A stretch of DNA of 64,000 nucleotides from Candidatus Zixiibacteriota bacterium. GTDB lineage: Bacteria; Zixibacteria; MSB-5A5; UBA10806; 4484-95. The stretch covers positions 1-64,000 of the forward strand of contig JBBIRK010000002.1 in the NCBI GenBank assembly GCA_037441845.1, read 5' to 3'. The position numbers were made by a program, and so were the translations under genes. The notes beneath the pieces were generated by a model. That model searched no databases. It saw only the letters and a program-made list of their open reading frames with translations, and was not told where the DNA came from. Positions 28,421 through 36,979 of this stretch are shown one piece after another; within the stretch, counting starts at the first letter, position 1, and each line of letters begins with the position of its first letter.

Positions 28421-29185
28421 TTGATTGATTGGCAAAAATATCGTGAGAGTCCGCCCGAAAAAGAAAGGGTCGAGAAGATATTCAGCCTTGTCGATGGCCG
28501 CGGCAGCCTGGCAGTCGATATCGGTGCCCACGACGCGTTTATGGCGAGCATACTCGCAAGCAGATATGACACGGTAATCGCCCTGGATATCACGAGACCG
28601 CAAACGGAATCGAATCCGGAAATCGTGCCGATAATCGGGGATGCCTGCAACTTGCCGTTCGCCGACGATAGTTTCGATATGGTCTTGTGCGCCGAAGTGC
28701 TCGAACATATCCGCCCCGATCTGCTGCCTAAGGCTTGTTTCGAGATCGCCCGGGTATCGAGAGGAAACGTGGTAATCGGAGTGCCTTTCAAAGAGGATAT
28801 ACGCGTGGGACGCACCACCTGTCAATCTTGCGGCGGGATCAATCCCCCTTGGGGACACCAGAATTCTTTCGATGAAAATCGTCTGCGCCGGCTGTTCGAG
28901 GATATGGTTTGGGAAAAGGCGGTATTCGCCGGTGAAAACGGGTTGGCCACCAACGCCTTCTCGGCGAAGCTGTTGGATCTGGCCGGAAACCCCTACGGAA
29001 CTTACGATCAGGAATGGCCCTGCATATATTGCAGAAATAAAATGCAATGGCCGCCTGAGAGATCGTTTTTGCAAAAAGTTCTGACTCGCACCGCCGCCAT
29101 CGTCCATACCGTGCAACGGCGATTCACGAAAACCCACCCCACTTGGATACATGTGCGGTTCGGCAAACCCGGCCGCCGAAGTTGA
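28421..29185 (+). CDS. Class I SAM-dependent methyltransferase
   Basis: VDIGAHDA, GDACNLPFADDSFDMVLCAEVLEH; RBS AGGAG, TTG start. Confidence 0.88.
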   Translation: MIDWQKYRESPPEKERVEKIFSLVDGRGSLAVDIGAHDAFMASILASRYDTVIALDITRPQTESNPEIVPIIGDACNLPFADDSFDMVLCAEVLEHIRPDLLPKACFEIARVSRGNVVIGVPFKEDIRVGRTTCQSCGGINPPWGHQNSFDENRLRRLFEDMVWEKAVFAGENGLATNAFSAKLLDLAGNPYGTYDQEWPCIYCRNKMQWPPERSFLQKVLTRTAAIVHTVQRRFTKTHPTWIHVRFGKPGRRS

Positions 29186-29250
29186 TTCTTGTGGATCCCA
29201 AGAATAAAAGCGATAACGCGCTCAAACCATAAGCGATTCGCAGAAGGTAT

Positions 29251-31803
29251 TCAAATAGACACCGGTTTTTTCTCATCGACTGGGCCGACTATCCGATACC
29301 GGCCCGCCCGGTCGCTCTCGATTGCCACCGATCGAATTCCCTCGAGGGCTTTCTTCAAACGATAGATATATTTCACCTGATTCAAACCGGTATCAAGGCT
29401 GTTCTTATCCAGCCATCCCCCCGGATTTTCGCAGTTGACAAGTTTCTGTAAATAGGCGAACAATCTCGGCTGAAGCAGCACCGTGCCCGAGTCGAAGGTA
29501 ACCTCATATAATTTGCCTTTGCGGACGGCGGTGAATTTTAATTTGCGCGAAGATGCGCCGGCCATCGGTTCCGAAAACCGGGGCCGATCCTTCACCTGTG
29601 TGGATACCGCCTTATTGGATAAATCGAACAACATCGATGCGAAACGTTTGGGAATGATCGAGGCGACGATATCCAGTCCGGCGGTCAAGACATCCTCGGC
29701 GGTGACTATGCCGGCATTGGTGAGGCGCAGCAGGTGATCGCGTTCGATATCGTCGCCGGCGATACGGGCAAGTGGAATGCACATCTCTGGCACTCCGTGT
29801 CTGAAAATCTCCCGAAAGCGGTTTATTTTATCCTGCTGCGAAAAATCGAGCCAGCCGTCGCCGCCGATCGCAGACACGCAGTCGAGCAGATTGGCCAGAT
29901 CGCGGCCGGCGCGTCGGATTCTCCCCCAGCCGATATTCACCGCCCGCTCGATTTCGATTGCAGGAAGCGGTCCGCTTATAGCAGCCAAAGTGACGAACGA
30001 TTGCCATCGATTTTGCTCCGTTTTCCGAGTCGGCGACGCCAAACCAGCCAATGGACCCAAAGGGATTTCCTCGCCATACCGATCAAGCAATTCGGACAGG
30101 ATGTTCGGTATATCGCAAACGGCGAAATTTCCGCGTCGGTTTCCGATCAAAAGCCTATTTCCGTCCGGCGTTCCCAGCAGATAGTATATCCAGCTTAACA
30201 CGTTGCCGCCGAGCCGATATTTCTGCAACCCTTCGCGGATCATACCGGCGGTCACCAATTCGATATTGCAGGCGGCGGCGGCGCGGCCGAAAGCGGTTAC
30301 GCCGATCGCACAGCCTCGATTTTCAATAAAGCCCTTGCTCAGAAGCATCGTCATGACGTGCTCTCTGTCTGCAACTTCGATAGGTCGGCAGCGATTGCGC
30401 AGTGTCAGTCGGCACAGCTCGCGGCAATCTTTTTCATCGCGGGCGATTCCACAGGCGAACCAGCGCAAAAACAGTCCACCCAGCCGTCCACTGTCGAAAG
30501 ATTCGATTTCCGGACGCGCCGAACCGTAAATATAAGTTTCCCACAATACTTCCCGCTGAAAATCATTCTCGGCGATCAGAATCGCCCGTCCGAAATCATC
30601 GCCCTGACCCAGTCTGCCGGCGCGCCCGGCGATTTGATTGTAATCATACATCAAGAGGGGACGCATATTCGAACCGCCGGCCGCCCCGTAACAGCGGTGA
30701 GTGTCGATAAAGACGTTGCGCGCAGGGAAATTCACCCCCAATGAGAGCGTGGTCGTGGAGGCGATCACCCGGATTTCACCATCGCGGAATCCACTCTCGA
30801 GCAATCGCCGAATCGTTCGCGGGAGATCGGCGTTATGAAATGCTATCCCCCGCTCAAGACAATATCGCAGGTTTTCCGTCTGAATCGTATCCGGATAGTC
30901 CGCCAATTCGACTAAACATCTCGAGGCAGGCCTGAAAGCCAACTTATCGGCAAGCAGCCGGGCGACCCTCACCGAGGCCTCGCGTGTGGGCAAAAATACC
31001 AGGGTCTTCTCCTCTCGCAATGGTTGCGCCGCCAACGATTCCGCCAAGGCCTCAAGCGTTCCCTCGGCACCACCGGTATTGCGCGTAACACCGAAATACT
31101 CGATCCCCTCGCGACAGTCGTTGTGGCGGCGGTAATGAAATCGGCCGTTGCAAAGCACACCCTTGTGAAGCTCCACCGGGCGATTGGTCGATTTCAGTAG
31201 CGGCCAACCCAGCCAATCCGCAAACAATTGACTATCATCGAGACCGCCGATAAGACCGACCAATTGAATCGAGGGAAAAGCCCTTCTTATTTTCGATAAA
31301 AGAATCTCGTATGCGACACCCTTCTCGGCCGTGCAGATCAACTGCAGCTCATCGAAAACCACCGTCCCGATCGATTCAAATACCGAAAGATCGGCCGCAG
31401 TCAGCGAATTGATCATTTCATAAACGGCAACGGCCAAATCATAGTCTCCATCGAGAAATCTGCGCCGTCCTTCGGGGAAATCGGCCGTCACCGCAATCAT
31501 TTTCATGCCGGCGCGGGCATAAAGGGGCGCATACTGGGAATACAACTCCGCCGCCAGCGCCTTCAAGGGGACCAGTATCAGCCCCTTTCGTCCCGAAAAA
31601 ACCGCCTTCATTGCAGCCAGTTCGCCGCATTTGGTCTTTCCCGATGATGTCGGCGCCGCGATCAACAGGTTCCGGCCGTCGAGCAGGCCATAATTTTTCG
31701 CCGCCTCCGCTTGCAACGGCATGAGATACTCGCAGCCGCAGTCGCGCCACAACTCTATCAGTTTCCGCGGGAAACCGTAGCGGCTAAGATCGGCGATACG
31801 CAT
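29251..31803 (-). CDS. Ski2/Hel308-like SF2 helicase with C-terminal winged-helix-like domain
   Basis: LMPLQ, APTSSGKT, VPLKALA, FDELQ, GIAFHNADL, STTTLSLGVNFPA, QIAGRAGR. Confidence 0.9.
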   Translation of the reverse strand: MRIADLSRYGFPRKLIELWRDCGCEYLMPLQAEAAKNYGLLDGRNLLIAAPTSSGKTKCGELAAMKAVFSGRKGLILVPLKALAAELYSQYAPLYARAGMKMIAVTADFPEGRRRFLDGDYDLAVAVYEMINSLTAADLSVFESIGTVVFDELQLICTAEKGVAYEILLSKIRRAFPSIQLVGLIGGLDDSQLFADWLGWPLLKSTNRPVELHKGVLCNGRFHYRRHNDCREGIEYFGVTRNTGGAEGTLEALAESLAAQPLREEKTLVFLPTREASVRVARLLADKLAFRPASRCLVELADYPDTIQTENLRYCLERGIAFHNADLPRTIRRLLESGFRDGEIRVIASTTTLSLGVNFPARNVFIDTHRCYGAAGGSNMRPLLMYDYNQIAGRAGRLGQGDDFGRAILIAENDFQREVLWETYIYGSARPEIESFDSGRLGGLFLRWFACGIARDEKDCRELCRLTLRNRCRPIEVADREHVMTMLLSKGFIENRGCAIGVTAFGRAAAACNIELVTAGMIREGLQKYRLGGNVLSWIYYLLGTPDGNRLLIGNRRGNFAVCDIPNILSELLDRYGEEIPLGPLAGLASPTRKTEQNRWQSFVTLAAISGPLPAIEIERAVNIGWGRIRRAGRDLANLLDCVSAIGGDGWLDFSQQDKINRFREIFRHGVPEMCIPLARIAGDDIERDHLLRLTNAGIVTAEDVLTAGLDIVASIIPKRFASMLFDLSNKAVSTQVKDRPRFSEPMAGASSRKLKFTAVRKGKLYEVTFDSGTVLLQPRLFAYLQKLVNCENPGGWLDKNSLDTGLNQVKYIYRLKKALEGIRSVAIESDRAGRYRIVGPVDEKKPVSI

Positions 31804-31818
31804 GGCGATTCCCTTTCC

Positions 31819-32013
31819 TTAGCCGCAGACCGACCAGCCGCATTCAAGGCAATAACAACAGCCGCCCGAGGAGACCACGATACCGCGGCAAATCGAGCAG
31901 TAGAGGCGATGGCAATCATCGCAGATAAACAGATCGCCGGTATAGGCCAGCTGGCCGCCGCAACAGCAATTGCAGCCTGAGCTTGTTTCGAGATCGGTTT
32001 CCACTCGAGTCAT
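31819..32013 (-). CDS. Small Cys-rich Zn-binding protein (64 aa, 13 Cys)
   Basis: ATG 32013 after AAGGAG; ends GGCCYCLECGWSVCG; stop lies 15 nt upstream of the helicase start. Confidence 0.75.
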   Translation of the reverse strand: MTRVETDLETSSGCNCCCGGQLAYTGDLFICDDCHRLYCSICRGIVVSSGGCCYCLECGWSVCG

Positions 32014-32161
32014 ACTCAACTCCTTTTTTCGAGGACCTCGCATAATTTTACGGATTTTCCAATTACTGCACATATATATAGTAAACATATATGCCCTTGT
32101 CAAGGAATTTCGTCATATTTTTCTTGACCTTGAGGATTTTTCTTTTAATAATACGTGCGTT

Positions 32162-32365
32162 ATGAAAGTGAAAAATAAAATCCGTGAATATCGCCTGAAG
32201 AAGAATTTATCTCAGGCCGAATTAGGCGAACTGATCGGCATCAGCCGTCAAAGCATCATTTCGATCGAAAAAGGAACCAGCGTGCCATCGACACTGCTGG
32301 CTTTAAAACTTTCGAAATTGTTCGGCAAGACGGTTAATGAGCTGTTCACGCTGACAAACAAATAA
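32162..32365 (+). CDS. XRE-family HTH transcriptional regulator
   Basis: MKVKNKIREYR...LSQAELGELIGISRQSIISIEKG...PSTLLALKLSKLF. Confidence 0.92.
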   Translation: MKVKNKIREYRLKKNLSQAELGELIGISRQSIISIEKGTSVPSTLLALKLSKLFGKTVNELFTLTNK

Positions 32366-32389
32366 TCCAACAAAACGATTGGAGGAGTC

Positions 32390-33208
32390 TTGAAAAAGGC
32401 AGTCATTCTGTCGGTTTTTATCGTTGTATCCGCGGCTGTGGCGGCCGACCAGACCTGCGTGATCAAGGTAAACGGCATGACCTGCAACGGTTGCGCCAGC
32501 AAAATCAAGTCCGCGCTGGAAAATATCGAGGGAATCAAAAGCGCCGAGGTTTCGTTGGCATCGCGAAGCGCCACCGTGGTCTATGACGACGCCGTCGTAA
32601 ATCAGGATAAAATGATTAAAACCGTGGATGATCTCGGCTACAAAGCGTCCAGCGACGTTACTTCTCCCCGGTCGGTGACCGACTCGAAACTCAGCGAGGC
32701 AAAAAGCGAAAGTCCGCAAGTTTCAATCGCCGATAAGAACGCATCTAAAATCGCGATCCCAGGAGCCGAATCGGGTAAGCCGGTCGCCCAAGAAATGGCC
32801 GGAATATCCGAAAAAGCCAGCGAAACCGAAGCCGTTGCCGCCGAGAAAAGCGAAACCGCCGAGCATCACTGCGCCGCGTTGAAAAGTTGCAAGGAGATAA
32901 ACGAGTTCCACGAGGCCATGCATCCGTTGGCGATGGCTATCGGGTTCGAGGGCGACGAAGAAAAGGATTACGAATTCGTGCGCCGAAACTACCCTGAGCT
33001 CAAAGCCAAGGCCGTTGCGTTGTCCAAAATGAAAATCGACGATAAGCTCGTGACCGACAGGAAGGCGTTCGAAAACAAACGCAAGGCTTTGATTAAAGCG
33101 GTCGATGATTTCGGCGCCGCAGTGAAGAAAAACGATCATGCGATGATGGATCGCACGTTCGAGATCATGCATCAGGCCTATATCGACTTGGCCATGACCG
33201 GCAGGTAA
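32390..33208 (+). CDS. Exported heavy-metal-associated (HMA) domain protein with C-terminal helical domain
   Basis: Signal peptide, GMTCNGC motif, low-complexity linker, His-containing helical C-terminus. Confidence 0.85.
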   Translation: MKKAVILSVFIVVSAAVAADQTCVIKVNGMTCNGCASKIKSALENIEGIKSAEVSLASRSATVVYDDAVVNQDKMIKTVDDLGYKASSDVTSPRSVTDSKLSEAKSESPQVSIADKNASKIAIPGAESGKPVAQEMAGISEKASETEAVAAEKSETAEHHCAALKSCKEINEFHEAMHPLAMAIGFEGDEEKDYEFVRRNYPELKAKAVALSKMKIDDKLVTDRKAFENKRKALIKAVDDFGAAVKKNDHAMMDRTFEIMHQAYIDLAMTGR

Positions 33209-33228
33209 TCATCGCTCGATAAGACTTT

Positions 33229-33261
33229 ACCGCCGGTGGAAATGACCGCCGGCGGTTTTTT
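33229..33261 (+). terminator. Rho-independent terminator
   Basis: ACCGCCGGTGG...CCGCCGGCGGT-TTTTT. Confidence 0.8.
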
Positions 33262-33322
33262 CATGAACTCAAGACGTAATGGCGGTCAAGCGACGAGTTT
33301 GTGCGATCTCGACCGCCGCCGC

Positions 33323-33544
33323 TCATGACTTGCCTTTGCGTGAATCCATCTTCAATAGCTTGATATACGTGTTTACCATATCCTTGCGCGATTCGAGCAG
33401 TTTCTCGAGTATTTGTGATCCGAATTCGATCGAGGCTCGAATGGTATCGGCGCCGGTGAGATTGTATTTTTTCTTGATCCTGTCGATCCTGCTTCTCAAT
33501 CTCAAACCTGCGCGAATCTGATAATAGTGGCGGTCTTCAGCCAT
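33323..33544 (-). CDS. Small basic protein, ribbon-helix-helix-like
   Basis: YYQIRA strand then two helices (LRSRIDRIKKKYNLTGADTIRASIEFG); overlaps the upstream gene. Confidence 0.55.
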   Translation of the reverse strand: MAEDRHYYQIRAGLRLRSRIDRIKKKYNLTGADTIRASIEFGSQILEKLLESRKDMVNTYIKLLKMDSRKGKS

Positions 33545-34061
33545 TGTTCGTCCCCCGATGGTATTTCAAATGGTTGATTATAATCATCGGCGGATTGAAT
33601 ATCCGGCCGACTGATTTCTTAAGTTTGCGGTTGACACTTCCCCAACTTTCGCTGTCGATCTTGGCGGTTATAATCCGTTCGATTTCCGCACGTTCGGGAT
33701 GCGCGCAGATGGGACAGGTTTCCGCGCTGGGGAAAAATTTGGGCCATCGTTTATGGACGACCTGCCGCAACCGGTTTTTCAAAACATGTAAAGCCTCCCT
33801 GCTTATCTTGATCACCGATTCGGGCGACAGGCCGATTTCGGCCGCCGCCGCCTCCGCGTCCATCCCTTCGAAATACAACCTGATCAAAATTTCCCCGGCC
33901 GGATATTCGAGCGCAAGAACCTCTTTTCGGATAATATCCCGCAGTCGTTCCAATTCCGGCTCGAATTCCGGTTCGGGCTCGGCTCCGGCGATTTCCGCCA
34001 ACATCAAGGGATCCAGATAGATGATTTTCACAGGCCTCCTTTTTGCGGAAATTATCCGCAT
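33537..34061 (-). CDS. Sigma-70 region-4-like HTH fused to a CxxC...HxxxH Zn-finger domain
   Basis: EILIRLYFEGMDAEAAAAEIGLSPESVIKISREALHVLK, then CPICAHPERAEIERII...NHLKYH. Confidence 0.7.
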   Translation of the reverse strand: MRIISAKRRPVKIIYLDPLMLAEIAGAEPEPEFEPELERLRDIIRKEVLALEYPAGEILIRLYFEGMDAEAAAAEIGLSPESVIKISREALHVLKNRLRQVVHKRWPKFFPSAETCPICAHPERAEIERIITAKIDSESWGSVNRKLKKSVGRIFNPPMIIINHLKYHRGTNNG

Positions 34062-34247
34062 ATCGGCCTGCGGAGACTATCACCCGGTTGTCATCCGGAA
34101 ATCATTTTTCGAGCCGATCCGGACTTAGGCAATGCCGCCTGGGCATCGATGAATCAGTTAAGTTCGGGTAGTCGAGCCCTCGCGGTCTAAAGATCGGTCG
34201 AGACGATATAGTACTAACGACTGCGATCGCTTTTTCGTTCGGATATG

Positions 34248-35495
34248 CTAAATCTGTGTTTTTCCGGACACGCCCCCGATTTGGAGATCCCGGGCGAAAA
34301 ATTTGAGCGTGGCGATAGCCGCAACGAAATAAAGGGCGATTGTCGTCAACATGACCGGCACGAAACCGTGGTGCTCGATGATTCTTCCCCCGACAAACGT
34401 GGAAATCATCCAGGCGCCGCTCCACGACAAGAAAAGCAGACTGTTGGTTCCCGCGTGATGCTCCGGCTCGGTTTTTTCCATGGCGAAATTGCTGAACAGC
34501 GGGGAGGCCATATTCATCAGGCTGTTGCGGAACCAGAAGGCAACGACCACCGGCGCCAGCTGATGGCAATAGGCGAGGATAACGAAAAAAGGAATCGAGG
34601 CGAGCTGCGAAAACGAAATTGTGCGCACCAGCCCAAGTCGCTTGGCCAAAGCCGGACCTGCCAAAAAACCGAATACCGTGAAAACCTGGGCGATCGAATA
34701 AATCCTTCCTATACCCGAAGAGTCAAGGCCGAACCGCCCGGCAAAATACAAATTCAGAAACGGTATAGTAAAACCCGCACCCAATCCGATAAGGACGTTC
34801 GGCAGGCAAAGGCGAAATGTGTTTTTCCAGCTGCGCGTCCGGGTATAGTCGGCCAGCCTGAACGATCCGCTCCGTATCGGGCCATCCGAGGTCAGTTTCG
34901 AATAAAACCCCACCGACACGAACGCCATCAATGCCCCGGTCATGAACGCCGCCCGATAGCCGTTTATTAAGGCGATTCCGAAATCAGCCAAAAGCCGCGG
35001 TATGTAACCACCTATAAGCGCCCCGAAAAAACCGGCAGTCATATCGAGCGCATGATTGACCCCATATAGATACGTTCTTTCCTCGGCGGTCGAATTGCGC
35101 ATGAAAAACGGCGACACGGCCACGAAATGCATGCTTGCCCCGGCTGCCGCGGCGGCGGCGAAAAAGCCGATCAGCCTGATATCCGTGACCAGCACCAGCA
35201 TGATATCCGAAACGGCGGTGGCGACCGCAGCCGCGATCATCACCCGCTTTATACGCACACGATCGATCACGATCGCCGCCGGTATGGCCGCCAGAGCCGA
35301 GCCGAAAGCGCCGATGGAATTGATCATGCCGATCGCTCCCTCGTTCAGCCCAAGCTGCTTGAAATAAAGGTTCAGCATCGTCCAGTAGATCGAAAAATAA
35401 AACCCCATGAAAAACGAGCCGCCCAGAAAATATCTGGCGTTACGGGAAAACATCCTCACATGGCGCACGTATTCTTTCAAAACCGATTTTAGCAT
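34248..35495 (-). CDS. MFS transporter
   Basis: 415 aa, about 12 TM helices, IDRVRIKR and LAKRLGLVR loop motifs. Confidence 0.9.
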   Translation of the reverse strand: MLKSVLKEYVRHVRMFSRNARYFLGGSFFMGFYFSIYWTMLNLYFKQLGLNEGAIGMINSIGAFGSALAAIPAAIVIDRVRIKRVMIAAAVATAVSDIMLVLVTDIRLIGFFAAAAAAGASMHFVAVSPFFMRNSTAEERTYLYGVNHALDMTAGFFGALIGGYIPRLLADFGIALINGYRAAFMTGALMAFVSVGFYSKLTSDGPIRSGSFRLADYTRTRSWKNTFRLCLPNVLIGLGAGFTIPFLNLYFAGRFGLDSSGIGRIYSIAQVFTVFGFLAGPALAKRLGLVRTISFSQLASIPFFVILAYCHQLAPVVVAFWFRNSLMNMASPLFSNFAMEKTEPEHHAGTNSLLFLSWSGAWMISTFVGGRIIEHHGFVPVMLTTIALYFVAAIATLKFFARDLQIGGVSGKTQI

Positions 35496-35773
35496 TAATC
35501 TATATTCCCTCAGCCCCCGATCGGCGAAATCCCAAGATTACGATATGCGGTCCGTATGGTTGCGATTTTCCCGGCTGACGCAAGCAGTCGTTTTCGCCCA
35601 AGACTTACGGAAAATCCAACGGATACGACAAAGCGCCGGCTGGAATTCGAAATTCGGCATTTTTTACTTGACCGGCGACTGGTGGAGATATAATTTATAA
35701 TGGATACCGATTGCCGCAATTACTATCTTTCTTTTTTCCTGTTTACATTTTTGTATTTCAGGGAGGTATATGT

Positions 35774-36001
35774 ATGGTCGTCGGCAAGGTGAAATGGTTC
35801 AATGCCAGGAAAGGGTTCGGTTTCATAGTTCCCGATCACGACCAAAATAGCGATGTATTCGTTCATTACTCGTCGATCAAGGGGGCCGGATACAAGACTC
35901 TGACCAGGGGGCAACCGGTTCAATTCGAATTGGTTCCCGGTCCGAAAGGATATCACGCCGAAAACGTTTCGCTGCTGAATCAAAGTGCGACGCTGAATTG
36001 A
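35774..36001 (+). CDS. Cold-shock protein (CspA family)
   Basis: GKVKWFNARKGFGFI, DVFVHYSSI; ATG 35774 after GGGAGG. Confidence 0.95.
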   Translation: MVVGKVKWFNARKGFGFIVPDHDQNSDVFVHYSSIKGAGYKTLTRGQPVQFELVPGPKGYHAENVSLLNQSATLN

Positions 36002-36208
36002 ATCGGGGGGTAGGCGAAGCTGACATAAAATCAGACCCTGGTCTGAAAATTCAAAGAACTATATAATTTTTGCTTTTAAAAGGCGGGGAATAAAATTCCC
36101 GCTTTTCTTGTTCGTTTCCGAACCGCCGGCGCTCGAGGCGATTGCGGTAATCGGCTTGACTTGTTTTCCGCACCTGCTTATCCTTAGGTAAAAAGACCAC
36201 AGGAACGA

Positions 36209-36979
36209 ATGATGAACGGCGGAAAACCGATATTCTGCTTCACCTCCGATATCGACTGGGCCAGCGAAGAGGCGCTGAAAATCCAGCAGGCGATTTACGA
36301 CGATTTCGCGATCACGCCGACATATTTTGTCACGCACAAGAGCGAATTTATCGAAAGGCTTCGCGCCGAAAATCGAATCGAACTCGGAATCCATCCCAAT
36401 TTCCTTCCCAACAGCAGCCATGGTGACAGCTATGAGGAAGTCATCGACACGGTGCTGAAATTGGTGCCGGATGCCCGCGCTTTCAGGGCGCATCGTTGTT
36501 TCGATGTTGCGATCGTTACCGATATGCTGTTTCGCCGCGGGATTCTATATGATTCCAATCTTATCACGAAACTGCAGCCGGGACTGGGACCGATTCTCCA
36601 TGAGTCCGGCTTGGTGCGGTTCCCTTGTTTCTACGAGGACGGCATTCATTTCAAGTGGCGTTTGAGTTGGAAATTCGAAGATTATCGCAGCATGTTCGAC
36701 GCGCCCGGGTTGAAAATAATCAGCGCCCATCCGATGATAACCGCGATGAACGTCACCAGCGCCTCATACTGGGCCGAATTGAAATTGAAATTTCCGCCCG
36801 ACAAGTGGATAAAGATGACGAGGCAGCAACTCGAACAAAACCGTTGCCCGGACCCCGGGCCTGCGGAATTCTTGAAAAACATTATCCGCCACGCGCTCGA
36901 CCGCGGTTACTCGATTTTGACTCTCGATGAACTATACGAGCGGACGGGACGACCGCTTCAAGAAAGATTTTTCGCTTGA
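36209..36979 (+). CDS. Polysaccharide deacetylase (WbmS-like)
   Basis: FTSDIDWA, TYFVTH, ELGIHPNF, FRAH, YDSN motifs. Confidence 0.8.
   Translation: MMNGGKPIFCFTSDIDWASEEALKIQQAIYDDFAITPTYFVTHKSEFIERLRAENRIELGIHPNFLPNSSHGDSYEEVIDTVLKLVPDARAFRAHRCFDVAIVTDMLFRRGILYDSNLITKLQPGLGPILHESGLVRFPCFYEDGIHFKWRLSWKFEDYRSMFDAPGLKIISAHPMITAMNVTSASYWAELKLKFPPDKWIKMTRQQLEQNRCPDPGPAEFLKNIIRHALDRGYSILTLDELYERTGRPLQERFFA

Noticed and set aside
34120..34240. c-di-GMP-I riboswitch
   Set aside because: Only a P3-like stem is visible, with no GAAA-capped P2 or P1, and it points away from any downstream plus-strand gene.
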